Positions 58,443 to 64,000 of a stretch of 64,000 bases of DNA are shown in pieces. The position numbers and the translations under genes are program-made. Source of the stretch: Pseudomonadota bacterium (GTDB lineage: Bacteria > Pseudomonadota > Gammaproteobacteria > UBA1113); NCBI GenBank assembly GCA_021781965.1, contig JAJXVU010000009.1, positions 806-64,805 on the forward strand, in the 5' to 3' direction. Within the stretch, counting starts at the first letter, position 1, and every line of letters starts with the position of its first letter. The notes below the pieces were generated by a model. That model did not search any database. It was not told the DNA's origin and saw nothing but the letters and a program-made list of their open reading frames with translations.

Positions 58443-59540
58443 TTACTGTTCTTTATCACTGTCTTCTTGCTCAGCCGCTGCCGCTGCTGCTGCGGCCGCT
58501 TTTTTAGCAAAGTCTTCATCTGCTTTAATAATACGTCTGGGCTGAACCCAATTTTCAACACGCATCCCTAAAGATAATGAGTTTGCCGTCAAAATGGCTT
58601 TGATTTCTGTCAATGATTTCTTGCCTAAATTAGGCGTTTTTAACAAATCGGTTTCAGTACGCTGGATCAAATCTCCTACAAAGAAGATATTTTCCGCTTT
58701 CAGGCAATTGGTTGAACGCACTGTCAATTCTAAATCTTCAATGGGTCTCATTAACAAAGGATCTAGATTTTGTAATAGGTGGCTGGCAGAGCGACCATGT
58801 ATATCTTTTAAATCTACAAAGGCCATCAATTGTTGTTGCAGCAACGTAGCCGCATTACGGATAGCTTCGTCTGGAGATATGGCACCATTGGTTTCCAATT
58901 CGATAACTAATTTATCTAGATTAGTTCGTTGTTCTACGCGCGCATTTTCAACTCTATAGGTAACCCGTTTAACTGGCGTAAAGGATGCATCCACCAACAA
59001 CATACCTACAGGCTTAGCTTCTTCTTCATCTTGATAACGACTTACCGCGGCTTGATAACCTCTACCCATTACTAATTTCGCTTCTAAACTAATAGAGCCG
59101 TTAGAAGATAAATGAGCAATGACGTGGTTCTTGTTGATAATGTCTACATCTGAATCCACTTCTATATCGCCTGCATAAACAATACCCGGACCTTTTTTAT
59201 TGATTTTTAAAATGGCCTCACGGCGAGAATGCATTTTACATGCCAGTCCTTTTAAATTTTGCAAAATTTCAATTACGTCTTCTTGTACGCCTTCCATGGG
59301 GCTATACTCATGCAATACGTTTGCTATCTTAACTTCAACTACAGCAGCGCCAGGCATAGATGACAATAAAATACGACGCAATACGTGACCTAAAGTATGA
59401 CCAAAACCTCTTTCCAAAGGCTCTAATGCAATTTCATAGGTACTACGACCGATTTCTTTAACCACTATATTACTAGGGGCCAAAACTTCGTAGGGATTTT
59501 GCAGATCATAGGCTTTGTGTTCATAGCTCGTTTGCAACAT
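58443..59540 (-). CDS. rpoA: RNA polymerase alpha subunit, with an unusual 35-aa C-terminal poly-Ala/acidic extension
   Basis: Colinear with RpoA to ...LGMRVENW, then [34 protein letters not shown]. Confidence 0.9.
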   Translation of the reverse strand: MLQTSYEHKAYDLQNPYEVLAPSNIVVKEIGRSTYEIALEPLERGFGHTLGHVLRRILLSSMPGAAVVEVKIANVLHEYSPMEGVQEDVIEILQNLKGLACKMHSRREAILKINKKGPGIVYAGDIEVDSDVDIINKNHVIAHLSSNGSISLEAKLVMGRGYQAAVSRYQDEEEAKPVGMLLVDASFTPVKRVTYRVENARVEQRTNLDKLVIELETNGAISPDEAIRNAATLLQQQLMAFVDLKDIHGRSASHLLQNLDPLLMRPIEDLELTVRSTNCLKAENIFFVGDLIQRTETDLLKTPNLGKKSLTEIKAILTANSLSLGMRVENWVQPRRIIKADEDFAKKAAAAAAAAAEQEDSDKEQ

Positions 59541-59557
59541 AAAATATTCCCCCAGGG

Positions 59558-60178
59558 TTATCGTGAATAAAATTCAACGATTAAATTTTCATTAATTTCT
59601 AATTGCACTTCATCGCGTTGTGGTACCGCAGAAAACTTGCCCTTAACTGCGGCAATATCTACTTCTACCCACGCTGGAAAACCCAATTGCTGCTGGCTTT
59701 CTAGCGCAGCTCTGATACGCAATTGTGCTTTGCACTTTTCTTTCACTTCAATAATGTCACCCGCTTTCACTATGTAAGACGGGATATTGACAATGCTGCC
59801 ATTGACGAGAATAGTACGATGACTCACCATTTGTCGTGCTTCAGCACGCGTGCTGGCAAAACCCATACGATAAACAACGTTATCTAAGCGGCATTCTAAT
59901 AATTGTATAAGGTTGGTGCCTGTAGAACCTTTTGTGCGCGACGCTTTGTCCATGAAACGCTTAAATTGTCGCTCTAACATGCCATAAATACGACGTAATT
60001 TTTGTTTTTCGCGTAACATGGTACCATAGGTTGATAAGCGGCTACGACGCGCCACTTTTTGCCCGGGAACCATTTCCATATTACATTTTGATTCTAATGA
60101 TCTGAGCTTGCTTTTTAGCATTAAATCCATGCCTTCACGACGTGCTAATCTACAAGTAGGACCTCTATATTTTGCCAT
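59558..60178 (-). CDS. rpsD: 30S ribosomal protein S4
   Basis: [16 protein letters not shown]. Confidence 0.95.
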   Translation of the reverse strand: MAKYRGPTCRLARREGMDLMLKSKLRSLESKCNMEMVPGQKVARRSRLSTYGTMLREKQKLRRIYGMLERQFKRFMDKASRTKGSTGTNLIQLLECRLDNVVYRMGFASTRAEARQMVSHRTILVNGSIVNIPSYIVKAGDIIEVKEKCKAQLRIRAALESQQQLGFPAWVEVDIAAVKGKFSAVPQRDEVQLEINENLIVEFYSR

Positions 60179-60206
60179 CTAATTATCTACTCCTCAAATA
60201 CTATCT

Positions 60207-60599
60207 TTACACGCGTCTTTTCTTGCGTGGTCTACAGCCGTTATGCGGCAACCTGGTAACATCTTTAATTCCAATCACATTTAAGCCTAAGGTCACTAAG
60301 GCACGAACTGCGGATTCACGTCCTGGTCCAGGTCCTTTCACCATAACAACAACATTTTGCAAACCTTGTTCCATTGCTTTTTTACCGGCAATTTCCGTAG
60401 CCACACCGGCTGCAAAAGGCGTACTTTTTCTGGATCCGCGGAAACCAGAGCCCCCAGCTGTTTGCCAAGCAATTACATTACCTAGCTTATCCGCAAAGGT
60501 TACAATTGTGTTATTAAAAGTAGCCTGGATGCAAACCATTCCATCTACTACTTTACGTTTAATTTTTCGAGCCGTTTTTTTAATTGCTACTTCAGCCAT
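60207..60599 (-). CDS. rpsK: 30S ribosomal protein S11
   Basis: [15 protein letters not shown], and [13 protein letters not shown] at the C-terminus. Confidence 0.95.
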   Translation of the reverse strand: MAEVAIKKTARKIKRKVVDGMVCIQATFNNTIVTFADKLGNVIAWQTAGGSGFRGSRKSTPFAAGVATEIAGKKAMEQGLQNVVVMVKGPGPGRESAVRALVTLGLNVIGIKDVTRLPHNGCRPRKKRRV

Positions 60600-60756
60600 A
60601 ATTCTCTACTTCCACACTCAGTTAATGTACTCTACACCTTTGAACTTAGTCTTAAAGCCTTCGTCCATCTCGTCCAAGTCATGTATGAGTACAATACACT
60701 CTGTGGACTCGAGGGCTAGGCGCCTCGCCTAAAAATCAGCGGCTAGGAGTACTGTT

Positions 60757-61125
60757 CTATGCCGCCGCCGTACTAGTACGGTTACGGCCTTTACGCGTAC
60801 GCGCATTTGTTTTGGTACGTTGCCCGTGTACTGGCAGACCACGACGATGGCGCACACCACGGTAACAACCTATATCTTTCAAACGCTTAATATTTGTAGC
60901 CACTTCACGGCGCAAATCGCCTTCTACTACATATTGCGCTTTAGCGATACATTCACGAATTCGCTCTACATCTTCTTCTGATAAATCCTTAGCTTTACGA
61001 TGTCCTTCAACCTCAGCAGCTTTACAAATCTTATCCGCTAAGGTATGCCCTATGCCATAAATGGCGGTTAAGGCGATGCAAATATGTTTGTTCGGTGGAA
61101 TATTAACACCGGAAATTCGAAACAT
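60757..61125 (-). CDS. rpsM: 30S ribosomal protein S13
   Basis: GDLRREV...[28 protein letters not shown]. Confidence 0.95.
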   Translation of the reverse strand: MFRISGVNIPPNKHICIALTAIYGIGHTLADKICKAAEVEGHRKAKDLSEEDVERIRECIAKAQYVVEGDLRREVATNIKRLKDIGCYRGVRHRRGLPVHGQRTKTNARTRKGRNRTSTAAA

Positions 61126-61222
61126 AGAATACTCCCAACTTTAATTCTTAATCTAAAAAATAGCGGCTAAGGATATCTGCTTTTGCAATAAAAAGCAAGG
61201 GTTCCTTACGCATACCCTCATT

Positions 61223-61336
61223 CTAGCCTTGTCTTTGTTTGTGCTTGGCATCAGCACAAATAATGCGCACAACACCACGGCGCTTAATGACCTTGCAATT
61301 TCTGCACATTCTTTTTACAGATGCTCTTACTTTCAT
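61223..61336 (-). CDS. rpmJ: 50S ribosomal protein L36
   Basis: Hand translation of the minus strand gives [37 protein letters not shown]. It is below the ORF-track size cutoff. Confidence 0.9.
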   Translation of the reverse strand: MKVRASVKRMCRNCKVIKRRGVVRIICADAKHKQRQG

Positions 61337-61370
61337 AATACGCTCCAAATCTTTCATCATCAAATCTAAT

Positions 61371-61488
61371 CCGCTCCCTAACGGTCGCGGCTCGGATACT
61401 TATTTCCTTCCGATCCCTAACGGTCACGGCTCGGACATTTATCGTAACACCCTGACGGTCGCGGCTCGGACATTTACCGTAATAATCC
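61371..61488. repeat. Three tandem 36-39-bp units of the REP-like core (CCCTAACGGTC[G/A]CGGCTCGGAxATTTA...) in the secY-rpmJ spacer, overlapping the secY 3' end
   Basis: ccgctccctaacggtcgcggctcggatac... / ccctaacggtcacggctcggacatttatcg... / cctgacggtcgcggctcggacatttaccg... Confidence 0.85.
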
Positions 61489-62799
61489 TGCACCAGGCCT
61501 ATTTTTACCTTTAGTGTTAGCCTTTTTTAACAAAGACTCATATTGCACAGACATCATATGCGCTTGCACTTGCGATATAAAATCCATCAACACCACTACC
61601 ACGATCAACAACGAGGTACCACCGAAGTAAAAAGGCACACTGAGTTTACTGATCAAAATTTGCGGCAATAATGCCACAAAGATTAAGTAAATAGCCCCCA
61701 CCAAAGTCAATCGCGTCATAACCGTATCAATATATTTTGCCGTTTGCTCCCCTGGCCGTATCCCAGGAATAAAAGCGCCAGAGCGCTTTAAATTATCAGC
61801 CGTATCACGCGGATTAAACACCAATGCCGCATAAAAGAATGCGAAAAAGATGATACAAGCCGCATACGCTGCCATATAAACAGGGCTAGAAGGCTGCATC
61901 CAATAGGACACATTCTTCAACCAACCCAGACCATGCACACTACCCAAAAACTGGCTTAGTGAACCTGGCAGTAACAAAATACTCATCGCAAAAATAGGCG
62001 GTATAACCCCGGTCATATTGACCTTCAATGGCAAATGACTGGTCTGCGCCGCATACATTTTTCGTCCCTGCTGACGCTTAGCATAATGGATCGCAATACG
62101 TCGTTGTCCGCGCTCTACAAATACTACAAAGGCAAAAACTGCCAAAATCAACACAGCTACAAACAACAACACCAGTACGTCCATTTGCCCTTGTCTAGAT
62201 TGCTCTAACACACGCACAACTGCGGCGGGTAAACCCGATACGATACCGGCAAATATCAGCAAGGAAATTCCATTGCCCACACCACGTTCATTGATTTGTT
62301 CACCTAACCACATCAAAAACATTGTCCCTGTGGTTAAGGTAAGGGTAGAAATCAAATAAAACCCAAAATCTGGCGACAATGCGATGTGATTGCTGACTAT
62401 ATATTTTGTCATACCCAGCGCTTGGAACATCGCTAAAATCAAGGTACCATAACGCGTATATTGGTTTATTTTACGTCGTCCAGACTCACCTTCTTTTTTT
62501 AACTGCTCTAACTGCGGTACAACCGAAGTCATCAGCTGCACAATAATGGATGCCGAAATATAAGGCATCACACCCAACGCAAATAGACTAAATCGTCTTA
62601 ATGCACCACCGGAAAATACGTTAAAAACGCCTAGCAAACCACCTTCCTGTGCTTTAAAAAAATCAGCCAAGCGCTCTGGGTCTAGCCCCGGCACAGGAAT
62701 ATGTGTACCTATACGGTAAACAATAATCGCCACCAGTAAAAACAACAATCGTTGTTTTAGCTCACTCAATCCTGAAGTAGCAGGAGATGCAGCACTCAT
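61474..62799 (-). CDS. secY: Preprotein translocase subunit SecY, with the C-terminal tail recoded by the repeat
   Basis: Colinear with SecY to ...[12 protein letters not shown], then [10 protein letters not shown] read from repeat-derived sequence. The usual end is ...LKGYGR. Confidence 0.9.
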   Translation of the reverse strand: MSAASPATSGLSELKQRLLFLLVAIIVYRIGTHIPVPGLDPERLADFFKAQEGGLLGVFNVFSGGALRRFSLFALGVMPYISASIIVQLMTSVVPQLEQLKKEGESGRRKINQYTRYGTLILAMFQALGMTKYIVSNHIALSPDFGFYLISTLTLTTGTMFLMWLGEQINERGVGNGISLLIFAGIVSGLPAAVVRVLEQSRQGQMDVLVLLFVAVLILAVFAFVVFVERGQRRIAIHYAKRQQGRKMYAAQTSHLPLKVNMTGVIPPIFAMSILLLPGSLSQFLGSVHGLGWLKNVSYWMQPSSPVYMAAYAACIIFFAFFYAALVFNPRDTADNLKRSGAFIPGIRPGEQTAKYIDTVMTRLTLVGAIYLIFVALLPQILISKLSVPFYFGGTSLLIVVVVLMDFISQVQAHMMSVQYESLLKKANTKGKNRPGAGLLR

Positions 62800-62877
62800 A
62801 AAATTTTATCCTTCTACTCTTCGCAGTTGAGTTTTAGGCGAGGCGCCTCGCCTAAAACTCAACTGCTGTGAGTATAT

Positions 62878-63312
62878 TTAAATTAATACCTGCCCGCCGG
62901 CGGCTTCTATCAATACTTTAGCGCCTGCCGTAGCGGCGATTCCTTTTAAGGTCACAGCTCTATTGATAGCACCCGTAGCAATAACCTTAACAAATTTTAC
63001 ATTATGGCCAACCACGCCCATATCTTTTAGATCTTGCAAACCTATTTCGGTGGCACTTAACTTATCTAATTGCGACAATCGTATTTCGCGGGTAGCGCGT
63101 TTTTTCCATGAGTTAAAACCACTCTTAGGCAAACGTCTATGTAAAGGCATTTGTCCGCCTTCAAAACCAATGGCAACCTTACCGCTACCACGTGATTTCT
63201 GACCGTTACTACCCTTACCACAGTTTTTGCCAACGCCAGAGCCCCAGCCACGACCTACACGGATCTTAACTTTGTGTGAACCTTCTGCAGGTTTTAATGT
63301 ATTTAAATGCAT
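62878..63312 (-). CDS. rplO: 50S ribosomal protein L15
   Basis: MHLNTLKPAEGSHKVKIRVGRG. Confidence 0.95.
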   Translation of the reverse strand: MHLNTLKPAEGSHKVKIRVGRGWGSGVGKNCGKGSNGQKSRGSGKVAIGFEGGQMPLHRRLPKSGFNSWKKRATREIRLSQLDKLSATEIGLQDLKDMGVVGHNVKFVKVIATGAINRAVTLKGIAATAGAKVLIEAAGGQVLI

Positions 63313-63318
63313 GCTGTG

Positions 63319-63504
63319 TTACTCCTGGACTTCCAACAAATAAGAGACTTTGTTTATCATGCCACGAATGGATGGCGTATCTTCCACTTCAACGGTATGA
63401 CCTATACGACGCAGACCTAAACCGATTACACAAGCTTTATGATTTGCCAAGCGACCTATAGTGCTTTTCTTTAAAGTAACTTTTACGGTTTTAGACTTGC
63501 TCAT
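63319..63504 (-). CDS. rpmD: 50S ribosomal protein L30
   Basis: [36 protein letters not shown]. Confidence 0.9.
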   Translation of the reverse strand: MSKSKTVKVTLKKSTIGRLANHKACVIGLGLRRIGHTVEVEDTPSIRGMINKVSYLLEVQE

Positions 63505-64000
63505 GTTCGGCCTCTCTCCATATTTCTTGTACTGATTTACCGCGCTTTGCCGCTATCCAATCTGGAGAATGAATAGAGGTCAGTGCTTTTAAGGTTGCTC
63601 TAACGACGTTGATAGGATTACTGGATCCCGCCACCACTTTCGCCAAAACATTTTTAACGCCAATCACGTTGAACACGGAGCGCATCGCACTACCGGCAAT
63701 AATACCCGTACCTTCAGAAGCAGGCTTCATAAATACCGTACTGGAACCATGTTTTGCCTTAACTTCGTGGAATAAAGTATCATTATTCAATTCTATCGTG
63801 ATCATATTGCGTTTGGCGGCTTCTGTTGCCTTTTGTATAGCAGCAGGCACTTCACGTGATTTACCTATGCCTATACCAACACGTCTATGACCATCGCCTA
63901 CCACCACTAAAGCGGAAAAACCAAAGATACGTCCACCTTTGACCACCTTAGCAACACGGCGTACATGCACTAATTCTTCAATATAACCATCTGATTTAAC
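63491..64000 (-). CDS. rpsE: 30S ribosomal protein S5 (5' end beyond the window edge)
   Basis: [44 protein letters not shown]. The frame stays open to position 64000. Confidence 0.9.
   Translation of the reverse strand, partial: VKSDGYIEELVHVRRVAKVVKGGRIFGFSALVVVGDGHRRVGIGIGKSREVPAAIQKATEAAKRNMITIELNNDTLFHEVKAKHGSSTVFMKPASEGTGIIAGSAMRSVFNVIGVKNVLAKVVAGSSNPINVVRATLKALTSIHSPDWIAAKRGKSVQEIWREAEHEQV

Noticed and set aside
61371-61488. Possible mini CRISPR array (regularly spaced direct repeats)
   Set aside because: There are only 3 units. The spacers are about 15 bp and are themselves related to each other (atttatcg / atttaccg). No cas genes are nearby. The repeat core is the same REP-like element found dispersed elsewhere.
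1-64000. tRNA, rRNA, transposase/IS or prophage genes
   Set aside because: No tRNA-like cloverleaf stretches were recognisable in the spacers. No ORF shows transposase, integrase or phage structural motifs. The accessory segments look like old, stabilised insertions rather than intact mobile elements.

Overview
This 64 kb window is from a low-GC (about 40%) gammaproteobacterial chromosome, and almost every gene is on the minus strand. Conserved housekeeping blocks alternate with AT-rich accessory insertions. The core blocks are: (1) an LPS inner-core locus waaF-waaC followed by three LPS-kinase-family paralogs and a carbamoyltransferase, the same layout as the Pseudomonas-type phosphorylated and carbamoylated heptose core locus; (2) gloB, a MATE pump, mmsB, recJ, a CDP-alcohol phosphatidyltransferase, dcd and apbC; (3) ubiI-ubiH-pepP, ridA-spoT-rpoZ-gmk-yicC, then rph; (4) ispA-xseB, tsaD, rpoH, sspB-sspA, and the ribosomal spc/alpha operon tail (rpsE, rpmD, rplO, secY, rpmJ, rpsM, rpsK, rpsD, rpoA, rplQ). 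The accessory content is: a 1414-aa single-module NRPS-like protein (formyltransferase-A-PCP-TE) with a divergent hybrid histidine kinase, inserted at the normally tight yicC|rph junction; an ankyrin-repeat protein with near-identical 99-bp tandem repeats; several large AT-rich orphan proteins (777 aa with a GxSxG hydrolase motif, 483 aa with a RAP/DUF559-like C-terminal domain and a poly-Ser tail, 612 aa, and a coiled-coil (EELD)n protein), plausibly secreted effectors of a host-associated bacterium; a SWIM-SNF2 helicase; and a DUF4143 AAA ATPase. A small GC-rich REP-like repeat family (core CCGCTCCCTAACGGTCGCGGCTC) sits downstream of at least five genes and forms a 3-copy tandem array in the secY-rpmJ spacer that recodes the SecY C-terminus. 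I found no rRNA or tRNA genes, no CRISPR array and no transposase. The heptose/kinase LPS core argues against Legionella pneumophila sensu stricto; a Coxiella/Rickettsiella-like Legionellales organism or another host-associated gammaproteobacterium is plausible but cannot be named from the sequence alone.
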